Source: an uncultured virus (IMG/VR IMGVR_UViG_3300020045_010788)
Taxonomy: Duplodnaviria; Heunggongvirae; Uroviricota; Caudoviricetes
Virus record (IMG/VR): IMGVR_UViG_3300020045_010788
Length of the DNA stretch: 20,000 bases
Direction: 5' to 3' (one strand)
Shown: positions 1 through 9,245 of the stretch, in pieces
Position numbering within the stretch: position 1 is the first letter of the stretch
Layout: every line of letters starts with the position of its first letter
Notes under the pieces: generated by a model
Seen by the model: the letters and a program-made list of their open reading frames with translations, nothing else
Database searches by the model: none
Told to the model about the DNA's origin: nothing
Translations under genes and position numbers: made by a program

Positions 1-235
1 AAATAGAATAATATAAATTAGTATCAGTGTCTAATGCAACTTCTACGTTTTTGAATAATTTAGTATATACATCAAGACTATTGGGCATCTTAAGCGCAAG
101 ATCAGTTATCATCTGATTATATAGGCGACCAGTATTCAATGAAATAACCTCTGGATGAAATCTGTTTTTATCTTCCATTGAATAACGTTCGGTTAATCGT
201 ATGCCAATAAGTTCTATAAGTTGTTTCTTTTTCAT
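1..235 (-). CDS. Partial CDS running off the window; probable virion ring/tail-adaptor-like protein (MKKKQLIELIGIRLTERYS...)
   Basis: Translated by hand, open from ATG at 235 to the window edge. The ATG overlaps the TGA of the upstream gene. Function inferred from context. Confidence 0.6.
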   Translation of the reverse strand, partial: MKKKQLIELIGIRLTERYSMEDKNRFHPEVISLNTGRLYNQMITDLALKMPNSLDVYTKLFKNVEVALDTDTNLYYSI

Positions 236-2757
236 CTTACCGGCAATTTAAACTGTTGAGCATATTGCAGTATTGAATTATCCTTTAAATTAAGTCCTAT
301 CGCTTCAATCATTCGACCAGCAATCCTTATCTTATCCTCATCCCTCCATTCCATTTCGACCGTTTCGCTTTCAGTTACGCTTGTTATAACGTTATCATCT
401 GAGTTATCTTGGTTAAAATCTACATAATTACCTAAAGACATATTGCCATTAACATAAGTAGAAGTTAATGTTTGCAATGTTGATACAGAACTAAAATCTA
501 AATAACTACTACTGCTTAATACCACTGGAGTTGAGAATGATCCTATAATATTTCCCGATAATCCACTATTATTAGTATAAACAACAATCCCATTCGTTAA
601 TACAATATATGCAACACGAAGATCAGGATAATTAATATTAGCATGAATATATCCGAATTGAACACATCCACATAACACATCGTTCAAAGTAGATAATATC
701 CCTATCCAACTACGATTAATAGATCTTAATAAAATAAAGTTCCCCGTTCCGCCTGTTTGCTTATAAATTCCCACCCCCGTAACACATGCATATATATTAC
801 CACTAGAATCGGCGGATAAGCCACTCCAAGCACGACTGGTTTGGCTTAAAGCCATAAAATTGCCCGTCCCGCCTGTTTGCTTATAAATATCACCACCTGA
901 AACACATGCGTAAATATCTCCATTTGGAGCAGAACATAGTCCATTCCAATATCTAGCTGTTTGGCTTAAAGCTATAAAATTACCGGTACCGCCTGTTTGC
1001 TTATAAATATCACCGTTTAAGACACATGCATAAATGTCGCCATTCGGGGCAGAACATAAGCCATTCCAAGCACGACTGGTTTGGCTTAAAGCCATAAAAT
1101 TGCCCGTCCCGCCTGTTTGCTTATAAATATCACCGTTTAAGACACATGCATAAATGTCGCCATTCGGGGCAGAACATAGTCCCCTCCAATTGCGACTCGT
1201 TTGAGACAATGGAGCGAAACTACCAATACCACCAGCCTGCCTATAAATATCTCCTCCAAATACACAGCTATAAATATCTGAATTAATTGGAGATTGACAT
1301 AATCCACACCAAGAAAGACCGTTTTCGTATAATGAATATTCACTATTATAATGACTGTATAAATTAATCCCTACACTATTTATATCATAATAAATATCCC
1401 CTAAATTAGAATTAGTAGAAGCTATCCCACTTAACTCAATCGCACTTATCTGATTATAAGCATCTCCTTCTTTTTTCACATTAATAAGCGCCGAAGTAGA
1501 ATACCCACTACTATTATTCTGAGGAATTGTAACCGTTGTTCCAAAAAGAAAATTACTAAATGAAAAATAACATATTAAATCGGCATCCTTATAAACCGAT
1601 ATGATTAAAGCCTTTGTTGCTAAAGAATATTCATATTCAATTGAAATATTATTAGACCCATACATTCCAGTAATAAATATGTTCGATAAATAATCATCTG
1701 AACTTGGAGAAATGCTAAGTATATTTCCCGTTAATACGGCGTTACCGGTTAATCCAATCATCGAAATAGTTGATCCGACGTACCCAGTTAATGATCCAGT
1801 AGAGACTAGGGTCGTTTTATTATAATTAGAATATAGTTTTAAAAACGACTTATTAAGAGCTATGTTATAATAAATTGAATAATACAACCGAGTATAATTA
1901 TTATTTATAAGGGTTACGCCATCTAAAAACGAAGTCCCGTCCTCAGTTATGTCTATAGTTGATATAGCTAACGTAGCCGATCCGCTAATCCCAGAATTCG
2001 CATATTCATTTATGGTTACACTCCCGCCAACAACCGTAGTTGTAGCATACGCCACCTTATTAATAAATCCGGTATCCTTATAAATATTAAATTCATATAA
2101 TAGCGTACTAATATTTAATGTTATCTTCCAATATAAGCTAAAGTAATCAGAATTGTCTTCTGTAATACCGGTTAAAACAAGATTGGATATTTGAGAGTAA
2201 ATATCACCTTTAATTATTATCGCAGAGGTGGCTCCAGCTTCTTTATAAATTTGGTTTAAATTTTCATCAATGTAATAATCAATGAATGGTTTGGTGGGGT
2301 AACGCAAATAGTTAAATTTAACGTATGTTGATCTTAATGGTTCAAATTGGATTTTACCTCCTCTTATCAAACAAATAGGATATTGGCTTGTAGGCATAAC
2401 AATAGAACTGCCAATTCTATCAGCATATTCCCCATCCGTAACTCTTGAAACTGGCCTATGATAAGTATTTGACCCAATGGTTTGAGGATATATGCAATTA
2501 CTCCAATAATAATAATTCGCAGGTAGATCGGATATTCCATTTGAATTTATAGCCATGTCAGGAGACAATGCAACTTTCATTCTCTCTATGACGTTTGTTA
2601 CTATTTGAGTACGCTCATACTGAGACCTCTCATCATCATAGAATTGTTGTTGGACTATTGGGGCGAGTTTATTAAAATCAGCAGCCGTAAAGCTATCTCC
2701 ATACTGCTCTTTATTGCATACAAACCAGATAAATTCTAGTAAATCCCAATTTGTCAT
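232..2757 (-). CDS. Virion ring/head-tail adaptor-like protein with a large internal insertion (beta-rich repeats plus 40-aa propeller repeats)
   Basis: N-terminal NKEQYG..FN..QQQF, LPANY, YLRYPTKP and C-terminal EW...IGLNLKD..I.QYAQ resemble Bacteroidota phage ring proteins. Likely start is ATG 2757, downstream of the promoter box at 2793-2800. Confidence 0.65.
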   Translation of the reverse strand: MTNWDLLEFIWFVCNKEQYGDSFTAADFNKLAPIVQQQFYDDERSQYERTQIVTNVIERMKVALSPDMAINSNGISDLPANYYYWSNCIYPQTIGSNTYHRPVSRVTDGEYADRIGSSIVMPTSQYPICLIRGGKIQFEPLRSTYVKFNYLRYPTKPFIDYYIDENLNQIYKEAGATSAIIIKGDIYSQISNLVLTGITEDNSDYFSLYWKITLNISTLLYEFNIYKDTGFINKVAYATTTVVGGSVTINEYANSGISGSATLAISTIDITEDGTSFLDGVTLINNNYTRLYYSIYYNIALNKSFLKLYSNYNKTTLVSTGSLTGYVGSTISMIGLTGNAVLTGNILSISPSSDDYLSNIFITGMYGSNNISIEYEYSLATKALIISVYKDADLICYFSFSNFLFGTTVTIPQNNSSGYSTSALINVKKEGDAYNQISAIELSGIASTNSNLGDIYYDINSVGINLYSHYNSEYSLYENGLSWCGLCQSPINSDIYSCVFGGDIYRQAGGIGSFAPLSQTSRNWRGLCSAPNGDIYACVLNGDIYKQTGGTGNFMALSQTSRAWNGLCSAPNGDIYACVLNGDIYKQTGGTGNFIALSQTARYWNGLCSAPNGDIYACVSGGDIYKQTGGTGNFMALSQTSRAWSGLSADSSGNIYACVTGVGIYKQTGGTGNFILLRSINRSWIGILSTLNDVLCGCVQFGYIHANINYPDLRVAYIVLTNGIVVYTNNSGLSGNIIGSFSTPVVLSSSSYLDFSSVSTLQTLTSTYVNGNMSLGNYVDFNQDNSDDNVITSVTESETVEMEWRDEDKIRIAGRMIEAIGLNLKDNSILQYAQQFKLPVR
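640..1311 (-). repeat. In-frame 120-bp (40-aa) tandem repeat, five full units and one partial (WxGLCSAPNGDIYACVxxGDIYKQTGGTGNFxALSQTxR)
   Basis: ACACA motif recurs at 782, 902, 1022, 1142, 1262; Trp codons at 706, 826, 946, 1066, 1186, 1309. Confidence 0.95.
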
Positions 2758-2792
2758 ATTTGCGAGTGTGAGTGGGCGTTGAAAATTCACAC

Positions 2793-2800
2793 CAAATATA
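2793..2800 (-). promoter_or_regulatory. Bacteroidota-type -7 promoter box TATATTTG
   Basis: Matches TAnnTTTG, ~36 nt upstream of ATG 2757. Confidence 0.6.
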
Positions 2801-2855
2801 AACAAATTATTTTATATATAATTTATTTGTTATCTCAAGAATCTATCCCTTAGAA

Positions 2856-3071
2856 TTATTGATCAAATTCCCAAATCAAATCCTCCAATGTCTTTTTCTC
2901 TGATTGATACACTGTTTTTAATAGCATTGCAGATCCCGACCTTTTTGACATTAGCTCAAGCATATTCACTATGGCCTCGACAACTCGCATCCGATCTAAT
3001 GTAATTTGTTTTCTTATTGTATTCATAGTATTTAGTTTTAAAAGGCCTATCAAATTCTCTATTTGGTTCAA
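2856..3071 (-). CDS. Hypothetical protein
   Basis: ORF co-oriented with the operon; start uncertain. Confidence 0.5.
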   Translation of the reverse strand: MNQIENLIGLLKLNTMNTIRKQITLDRMRVVEAIVNMLELMSKRSGSAMLLKTVYQSEKKTLEDLIWEFDQ

Positions 3072-3080
3072 TTGTTTGGT

Positions 3081-3653
3081 TTATGTATGATGTTTATTAT
3101 TTTCATTTAAAGTGTATTCATTTAAATGACACTCAGAACACAATGAAACAAGTTCAAATAAATACTCATGATCTAAATGAGCATAAGTCAAATGATGAAC
3201 TTCTGTAGCCGCCTTATGGCATATAACACAAATATAATCATCTCTTTTTAATATTATTGATCTTAATGCCTTCCATTCAGGAGCCTTAATGTAATTGTCA
3301 TATTTTGCCCTAAATGATATATGAAATTTATCCTTTATGGATTTTATGAAATCATAAACCTGGCTGTCGGATTGTTCTATATATTTATGATATTCATCCA
3401 AGCTCCTTACAGGTATTTTATTCAAATCATATTCTGACTGCTTAAGCGGCTTATTATTTAATTCCTTGCATTTTTTACAATATTGTCTCAATTGCTTCGA
3501 CCCGTTACTTATAGTAAATAATACTAAATGATAATCATGCTCGCATTCTATTTCATCAACGTCATACCTGCTGCATAAATCACACCATTTAATTTTTCTA
3601 TTACGAAACAACCGATCCGATAATAGACCACCACATTTACAATACTCACTCAT
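3081..3653 (-). CDS. HNH endonuclease with N-terminal Zn-binding motifs
   Basis: W..LR..IL.RD.Y.CxxC...ATEVHHLTY...LVSLCxxCH; additional Cys pairs near the N-terminus. Confidence 0.85.
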   Translation of the reverse strand: MSEYCKCGGLLSDRLFRNRKIKWCDLCSRYDVDEIECEHDYHLVLFTISNGSKQLRQYCKKCKELNNKPLKQSEYDLNKIPVRSLDEYHKYIEQSDSQVYDFIKSIKDKFHISFRAKYDNYIKAPEWKALRSIILKRDDYICVICHKAATEVHHLTYAHLDHEYLFELVSLCSECHLNEYTLNENNKHHT

Positions 3654-5367
3654 ACCATCGCTCTATTGGTTCATTGTCTCTTATCTTTTCAGCCAAAACA
3701 GGCAATCCGGTATCATCAATATAAAAACTATAATTATCAAAGTCTATACCTCGCGAATAATCGCAGCTTACGACCGAGTGGCTTTGCGACCCCTTTTCCT
3801 TTGATACAGATATAACAGCTTCAGCTTTTTTCATAATATAACTACCCAAATGGCCTGTAGCAAAATTATCGTTTTTATTCTGGTGTATAACTGTACTTAT
3901 ATGACAATTATATTGCTTTGTCCATCTAAGAATCAACCCAACTACTCGCGTAGCTTCATCTTCATCGTTTATTGCATTTGCCAAATCAGCAACTCCGTCA
4001 ATTGCAACAAATCCAACCTCATTAAATACAGACAATGCATATTCTATAATGTCACATCTTTCAATTGGAGAATGCTCTCGCAAATTAAATCCTAAAAAAT
4101 GTTCTGGTTTTTGAGAGGCAAGCCTTTCTATTCGTTTCATTACATTAGCAGAGTCGTAAAGGCCTTGTTCTGTATCAAAATATAATATACATCTCTTATT
4201 TTCAGGTAATTGAGCATAAAATTTATTGTAAAGATTGCCATTTTTAACTAAGCATCCTGACAACATAGAAAGATTAAATGTTTTACGAGATTTCGCTTTT
4301 CCAATTATAGCGCTAAAATTGCCTAATGTTAATAGCCTCTTTCTAATAGTAGAAGTCCCGTTTGAATCTGAAATATAAAGAATAACTGGAGGTCGTTCAA
4401 TTTCAATGTCGGTATCAATCATAGACCTTCTTAATATTTCCTTTTTCTCATCAATAGTTTTTTCTGTTTGGCTCGTTTTCGGTTCGATTTTATGAGGCTT
4501 TAACTCTAATTTGTCGGATAAATATTTTGCACATGCCTTAAAGTCTCCATTATATTCCAATAAAGCCATAACTTGAAAAGGCGTATATCCTGAATTCTCA
4601 TCAAAGGGAAAGGCGTTTGCCGAGAAAACATAAAACACATTTGGGGCGACCTTTCCTAAAGTAGCCGAAATACCTTTAACCTTACCTGGCCTAGTCCATT
4701 CACCATGCTTCAATTCCTTCCATCCGTGTGACGAAAGGATATTTTTCATATCCGCTATTGCATCAGAGGTTTTATTGTAAATATCACCAGGCTTATCCGT
4801 TTGCTCATATTCATTAGGAATGATCCTTGTCCATGTATTAAAGCTTTTTGCTATTTCAAGTAAATAAATTCGTTCCTCTTTTGTTATTGTCGGAATGTTG
4901 AATATATCGTTTTTAATCAATAAATATCCGGGTGATGGGTATGCAATAAAATAACCTCCATCTCCTCTAGTTTCAAAAATAGCATCAGGTATCCATTTTC
5001 CTTGCTCATTTTTCTTTGGCACGCTTGCCAGTTTCTGATTGCCTTCAATAAAATCACACTTCCAAAGAATATGATAACCTCCGTTCTGCGTTTGCTCAAT
5101 AGGAAATTTATATTTGTCATATAACTCTTTTATCTTTTCAATAAATTCAGTCAATCTTTGCTTAGCCATTCCATCGTGAGAATCCAAATCTAAGCATTCC
5201 AATCCTTTGTTTAAAATACCGCATTTAATACCAATTGCCTTTGCGTTAACAAAATCATTAATACCAAAATGCTTATTCCACGTACTTTTAACAAATGGCG
5301 TTTTATCTAAATTACACGGTATTATCTCATACCCTGAATCGATATATTTTTTAATTATGTCTATCAT
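3646..5367 (-). CDS. Bifunctional primase-polymerase fused to an AAA/RecA-like helicase
   Basis: N-terminal CLDLD, TQNGGYH, ETRGDGGYFIAYPS (Prim-Pol); C-terminal Walker A GKAKSRKT, YFDTEQ, IDGVAD, VIHQNK, GHLGS. Confidence 0.9.
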   Translation of the reverse strand: MIDIIKKYIDSGYEIIPCNLDKTPFVKSTWNKHFGINDFVNAKAIGIKCGILNKGLECLDLDSHDGMAKQRLTEFIEKIKELYDKYKFPIEQTQNGGYHILWKCDFIEGNQKLASVPKKNEQGKWIPDAIFETRGDGGYFIAYPSPGYLLIKNDIFNIPTITKEERIYLLEIAKSFNTWTRIIPNEYEQTDKPGDIYNKTSDAIADMKNILSSHGWKELKHGEWTRPGKVKGISATLGKVAPNVFYVFSANAFPFDENSGYTPFQVMALLEYNGDFKACAKYLSDKLELKPHKIEPKTSQTEKTIDEKKEILRRSMIDTDIEIERPPVILYISDSNGTSTIRKRLLTLGNFSAIIGKAKSRKTFNLSMLSGCLVKNGNLYNKFYAQLPENKRCILYFDTEQGLYDSANVMKRIERLASQKPEHFLGFNLREHSPIERCDIIEYALSVFNEVGFVAIDGVADLANAINDEDEATRVVGLILRWTKQYNCHISTVIHQNKNDNFATGHLGSYIMKKAEAVISVSKEKGSQSHSVVSCDYSRGIDFDNYSFYIDDTGLPVLAEKIRDNEPIERWYE

Positions 5368-6065
5368 TTAGATTTTGGTTTTAGCCAGTTATTTAAAGTT
5401 GTATTGAAAGATGAATATGTTTTTTTTGTGTAATTCTCCAAGTTTAAAATTGTATCTTTTATGTGGTCAATTGGGTACGACCTTCTATATTTTTCAAACA
5501 TCTCAACCGTAATTTGATCTTTTAGTTTTAATACCTTGTTCAGGGGTCGTTTATTTATATTGTTTTCAAATAGCCATTTTACAAAATGAGGATATTCAGA
5601 ATCAATGATTCCATCCACTTTTTTAATTTCTGAATCATAAAAAGCCGAATATGTATATATATTATATTCTTTCCTCTCCTCTCCTGCTTCGAGGGGGGCT
5701 AAAGGGAGGCTAAAGGGAGGCTTTTTATTACCTCGCCCACCCATTGATCCAGCGATACTTAGCTTATGCCTATACATTAAATGATCTAATATTCTTTGTG
5801 AATAAATACCTATTCCGTCTTCCATAAAAAGGCCTATTTTTATATAGAAACTGAGATATTCGTTAAGCTTGTCTTTAGGCACGTTTAAGCCAAGCGAAAG
5901 CCCGGCTAAAGCCTCCCTTTTTATATATCCATTAGATTCACAGAGGCTCTCTAATAGAGCAAAAAAAATAGCATATCCTTCCCATCCGTATTCAGCCCTA
6001 ACCTCCAATATTTTATGATCATTTCTTGCGTTATAATCATGGTCGAAATAAAATGAATTTTTCAT
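5364..6065 (-). CDS. Phage replication initiator-like protein (DUF4373/Lin1244-type N-terminus)
   Basis: YFDHDYNARND.KI...YGWEGY.IFF.LLE.L motif, low-complexity linker, C-terminal TLNNWL; lies directly upstream of the primase-helicase. Confidence 0.8.
   Translation of the reverse strand: MKNSFYFDHDYNARNDHKILEVRAEYGWEGYAIFFALLESLCESNGYIKREALAGLSLGLNVPKDKLNEYLSFYIKIGLFMEDGIGIYSQRILDHLMYRHKLSIAGSMGGRGNKKPPFSLPLAPLEAGEERKEYNIYTYSAFYDSEIKKVDGIIDSEYPHFVKWLFENNINKRPLNKVLKLKDQITVEMFEKYRRSYPIDHIKDTILNLENYTKKTYSSFNTTLNNWLKPKSK
5691..5920. repeat. Iteron-like 11-mer AAAGGGAGGCT (two tandem exact, one degenerate, one inverted) inside the initiator gene
   Basis: Exact copies at 5701-5711 and 5712-5722, degenerate at 5691-5700, inverted AGCCTCCCTTT at 5910-5920. 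Confidence 0.55.
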
Positions 6066-6303
6066 AACAAAAGGCCCTCTCCATGATTATTATTGTGACA
6101 ACTTAGATGCTCTAATTGCTTATAATCTTTCAGCATATTATAAAATAAATAACCCCTTAAAATGCAAAATGCCAACGTTGGAAGCGGATAACCGAATAAC
6201 CGTTTTCGTTGACAATTGCACCCTAAGGGGTATGTTGTTAATATTTTTATCATCTTTGACGGTTTCAATTTCGGGCTTCCACTCCCGGTGTCTTTTCACG
6301 ACA

Positions 6304-6311
6304 CAAATATA
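6304..6311 (-). promoter_or_regulatory. Bacteroidota-type -7 box TATATTTG upstream of the replication operon
   Basis: CAAATATA on the + strand. Confidence 0.55.
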
Positions 6312-6324
6312 CAAAACTTTTTAA

Positions 6325-6489
6325 TTATGCAGGCATTTCAATAATATTTTCGTCAATTTCATCTATCCAATTTTCGGTTATCCACTCATCAACTCCAATG
6401 AATAGCCACATATTAAGGACTGAGTCATATTTAGCTACTTGCCATTCGGCCGCATTTTTAATCCAGTAATATCCGGTTTTTCGTTTCAT
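6325..6489 (-). CDS. Small Trp-rich phage protein, 54 aa (MKRKTGYYWIKNAAEWQVAKY...)
   Basis: Translated by hand; not in the ORF track. Confidence 0.65.
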   Translation of the reverse strand: MKRKTGYYWIKNAAEWQVAKYDSVLNMWLFIGVDEWITENWIDEIDENIIEMPA

Positions 6490-6532
6490 ACGCGCCATTT
6501 TATGTAAACATCATTATTATTGGGATTATAAG

Positions 6533-6557
6533 ACTAACTAAATTTAGTTTAGTTAGT
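6533..6557. terminator. AT-rich hairpin, possible terminator
   Basis: ACTAACTAAA / TTTAGTTAGT 10-bp inverted repeat in an intergenic gap. Confidence 0.35.
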
Positions 6558-6573
6558 TGATTTTTAAACTCAA

Positions 6574-6864
6574 TTATCTGAATTTTAAAACATTATTATA
6601 TCTATCACTTCTACTAATTTCAGTATTCCTAAACTCCAAAAGACCATTCCATTTTTCTTTAAGCTGCCCAATTCTGCCAATATAGGCACCACTTAATTGC
6701 TTCTGATAAATAAAAATAGGAACAGGCAATGTAGTGCTTTTTAATTGCACCCAGTCAACTGTATCAATTACTATGAATGTTTCGTATTTATATGGAGCAA
6801 AATGAGGCGAAACACAGCTAACTGATGTAGTGATAAGGATAGCGTAAATAAGCACTGTTTTCAT
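6574..6864 (-). CDS. Putative lipoprotein
   Basis: MK, hydrophobic stretch, lipobox-like SVSC. Confidence 0.55.
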   Translation of the reverse strand: MKTVLIYAILITTSVSCVSPHFAPYKYETFIVIDTVDWVQLKSTTLPVPIFIYQKQLSGAYIGRIGQLKEKWNGLLEFRNTEISRSDRYNNVLKFR

Positions 6865-7035
6865 ATTAATTTGAATGAAATTTACTTAAAAAATGCCTAT
6901 AGTCAGACCTATTAAAGAATCTCTGATTTACCTGGGATTGTTCTTCAATCCTCGGACTTTGATTATGTATTTCCGTGTAATGCTGGGCTTGCAAAATATG
7001 TAATGCCTTTTTCACTTAAAAATATATTCATAGCG

Positions 7036-7067
7036 CAAATATATGTTATGTATCTGATATATTACAA
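7036..7067 (-). promoter_or_regulatory. Leftward promoter (TTG ... TATATTTG)
   Basis: CAAATATA at 7036-7043 and CAA at 7065-7067, 21-nt spacer; sits at the strand-switch point. Confidence 0.6.
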
Positions 7068-7086
7068 TCTAAATGGATAATTTTTT

Positions 7087-7165
7087 GATGATAAATATCA
7101 TCAATATTAGATGATATAAATCACTTATAATAATTTGTAAGCTTATTTTATATGTAATTACTTTG
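7087..7165 (+). promoter_or_regulatory. Two palindromic operators plus a rightward promoter in front of the cassette array
   Basis: GATGATAAATATCATC 7087-7102, GATGATATAAATCACT 7110-7125, TTG ending 7137, TTACTTTG ending 7165; same spacing as 13459-13537. Confidence 0.7.
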
Positions 7166-7202
7166 TGTTTATATGAATAAATACAATATTTAAATACAAA
7201 AC

Positions 7203-7475
7203 ATGGATAATCATAACATTGTCAACGAAGAAAAAGGAAATGACGTTAACCACGTGTTAGCACCTGTTAATGTTATGCAGTTAATCTACGACTTTAATAT
7301 GGCAATAATCTTTTCAGATTTGATACCAGAAAAAACGTGTGGATATTTTGCAGACATTATGAATAAAGTGCTTACTAAACATAACTTATTAGCCGAGTAT
7401 CAAAATTACGTTAAAAGATTCGCAGAGTTGCCGCCGTCTTTCGAATGGCAGCTAACGTTGGGGTATGAAATGTAG
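7203..7475 (+). CDS. Cassette 1 hypothetical protein
   Basis: ORF spans the half-site CACGTGTTAGC (GTT 7256) and ends inside site 1. Confidence 0.6.
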   Translation: MDNHNIVNEEKGNDVNHVLAPVNVMQLIYDFNMAIIFSDLIPEKTCGYFADIMNKVLTKHNLLAEYQNYVKRFAELPPSFEWQLTLGYEM

Positions 7476-7573
7476 CGGTTTACGGGCTGCTTTCTTATCC
7501 ACCGAACAGAAACTAAAAGCGAGGCAGTATGATTGCACAACCACTGCACCCGCTATATTTTATACCCGTTGTT
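7454..7573. repeat. attC-like hairpin site 1
   Basis: AACG..GGGTATGAAATGTAGCGG / CCGCTATATTTTATACCC..TGTT. Confidence 0.85.
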
Positions 7574-7614
7574 GTGCGTATGTACTTTATTATTAACAAT
7601 TAAAATATATCAAA

Positions 7615-7914
7615 ATGATTACACAAGGAAATTGGATTGCTCGAATTGATGAAATGGGAATAGATATTATTGAAGAAAAAACGGGATTCGGCGTAGTATG
7701 GCTTGGCAACGAAGAAGAATTAAAAGCGTGTGAGTATCCATTAGAAACAGCAAAAGCTAATGCTCAATTAATATCTGCCGCCCCTGACCTACTAAATGCA
7801 ATACAGTATTATTTAGATGTTCTTGAAGAAGTAAGAGGGAAAGAATTTAGTAAAAACTCTGACCATGTGCTTAAAAAAATGTTATATGCAGTAGCTAAAG
7901 CACGAGGCATTTAG
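7615..7914 (+). CDS. Cassette 2 phage protein (ANAxLIxAAPxLL motif family)
   Basis: TQGNW N-terminus and ANAQLISAAPDLL; paralog of cassette 4. Confidence 0.8.
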   Translation: MITQGNWIARIDEMGIDIIEEKTGFGVVWLGNEEELKACEYPLETAKANAQLISAAPDLLNAIQYYLDVLEEVRGKEFSKNSDHVLKKMLYAVAKARGI

Positions 7915-7924
7915 TATTACGTAC

Positions 7925-8048
7925 AACGGTGGACGTATGGTGGCGTACCGGATTAAATAACGAAAAACTTATCAATTTATGACAAAGCAAATAGATACCT
8001 CCGAACTTTCGCATACCACTGAAACCGGTATGCACTATACGGCGTGTT
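7925..8048. repeat. attC-like hairpin site 2
   Basis: AACG..CGTATGGTGGCGTACCGG / CCGGTATGCACTATACG..TGTT. Confidence 0.85.
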
Positions 8049-8626
8049 ATAACCAGCCTTTTATTCTTGTTGGGTTTGAAGAAAGCCAGGCAATTACAAT
8101 AGAATTAAGGAAACGTGGATATAATGCTTTTTCATGTGACTTACAAGATTGTTCAGGCGGGCATCCAGAATGGCATTTAAAAATGGATATATTCTTAGCT
8201 ATTAATATGCGAAAATGGGGCATGATAATATTGCACCCGCCTTGCACTTTTACTGCACTTTGTGGGAACCGATGGTACTGGAATAGCTTTGAAAGAGTTG
8301 ACGGCGTTGAATTATGCCAAAAAGCTTGGAATGAAGCTTGCAAAGTATGTGACCATGTGGCTTTAGAACAGCCAAAAACTATAATGCAAAGATATATAGG
8401 CAAAAGAAGCCAAACTATACACCCATGGCAATTTGGACACGGTGAAACAAAAGAAACTTGGCTTTGGCTTAAAAACTTACCTGAATTAAAACCTACCAAC
8501 ATTGTTGAAGGTAGAGAAAATTTAATTTGGAAAATGCCACCATCAAAAAACCGTCAAAAATTACGTTCAAAAACTTACCCTGGAATCGCTGCCGCAATCG
8601 CTGAACAATGGACGGCTGTCTTTTAA
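7979..8626 (+). CDS. Cassette 3 phage DNA cytosine methyltransferase-like protein
   Basis: ILVGFEESQ, AFSCDL, HPPCT, LEQP, PWQFGH...K.T.LWLKNLP, RSKTYPGIA.AIA.QW; start codon lies inside site 2. Confidence 0.8.
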   Translation: MTKQIDTSELSHTTETGMHYTACYNQPFILVGFEESQAITIELRKRGYNAFSCDLQDCSGGHPEWHLKMDIFLAINMRKWGMIILHPPCTFTALCGNRWYWNSFERVDGVELCQKAWNEACKVCDHVALEQPKTIMQRYIGKRSQTIHPWQFGHGETKETWLWLKNLPELKPTNIVEGRENLIWKMPPSKNRQKLRSKTYPGIAAAIAEQWTAVF

Positions 8627-8636
8627 GGTTGGTTAT

Positions 8637-8765
8637 AACGATTCCGCAGCTATGAGCGGTTGCGGACTTCGGAGCTGCGTTTTTATCGCACGACAAAAAC
8701 CAGCGTAATGCGAGACGAAATGTTGAATGCCAGTACTACACCCGCAATCGCTTATAGGTGCTGTT
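8637..8765. repeat. attC-like hairpin site 3
   Basis: AACG..CTATGAGCGGTTGCGG / CCGCAATCGCTTATAG..TGTT. Confidence 0.85.
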
Positions 8766-8804
8766 ATAAACAGGATTTATTTATTCACAATTAATTATAA
8801 AACA

Positions 8805-9092
8805 ATGTCAAACGAAGCGCATACACAAGGTAATTGGAAATATAGACCCGATGTAGTAGGTAATAGTTTCTATATAGAAACTGTTGACCAATCTCACGAT
8901 AGGACATTTATTGGCGAAATAGGCGGAGGACTTCAATCAAAATCAGAAATTGAAGCAAATGCAAAACTTGTATCTACTGCTCCTGAACTTTTAGAAGCGT
9001 GTCAAAGAGCATTAGAAGTTTTGGAATCTGAACAAATATTTGGACAAGCAAGATTATTATTAGCAGTTGCCATTAAGAAGGCTGTTTCTTAG
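8805..9092 (+). CDS. Cassette 4 phage protein (ANAxLVxxAPELL motif family)
   Basis: HTQGNW...EANAKLVSTAPELLEA; likely ATG 8805 after an A/T-rich leader. Confidence 0.8.
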   Translation: MSNEAHTQGNWKYRPDVVGNSFYIETVDQSHDRTFIGEIGGGLQSKSEIEANAKLVSTAPELLEACQRALEVLESEQIFGQARLLLAVAIKKAVS

Positions 9093-9101
9093 CTTGTTTA
9101 T

Positions 9102-9222
9102 AACGTTGAGCATAAGATTAGTGCGGGATTTCAAAGCTGCGAACCTATCCCACGCTAAAAACTTGATAAAAGGAAGCAGTAACAATATGGCGCTTAACCC
9201 CGCATTAATTTTATGCTGTGTT
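9102..9222. repeat. attC-like hairpin site 4
   Basis: AACG..GCATAAGATTAGTGCGGG / CCCGCATTAATTTTATGC..TGTT. Confidence 0.85.
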
Positions 9223-9245
9223 ATAGCCAGTTAATTATTAATCAA

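Noticed and set aside
640..1311. Diversity-generating retroelement TR/VR pair
   Set aside because: All copies are in-frame tandem units of one ORF, differences are not adenine-specific, and no reverse transcriptase is present.
6062..6268. 68-aa ORF upstream of the initiator
   Set aside because: TTG start and no motif; may just be leader sequence, so it was not called.
7087..7125. FNR/CRP boxes
   Set aside because: They share TGAT-N4-ATCA, but the flanks are GA/TC or GG/CC rather than TTGAT/ATCAA; a phage regulator seems more likely.
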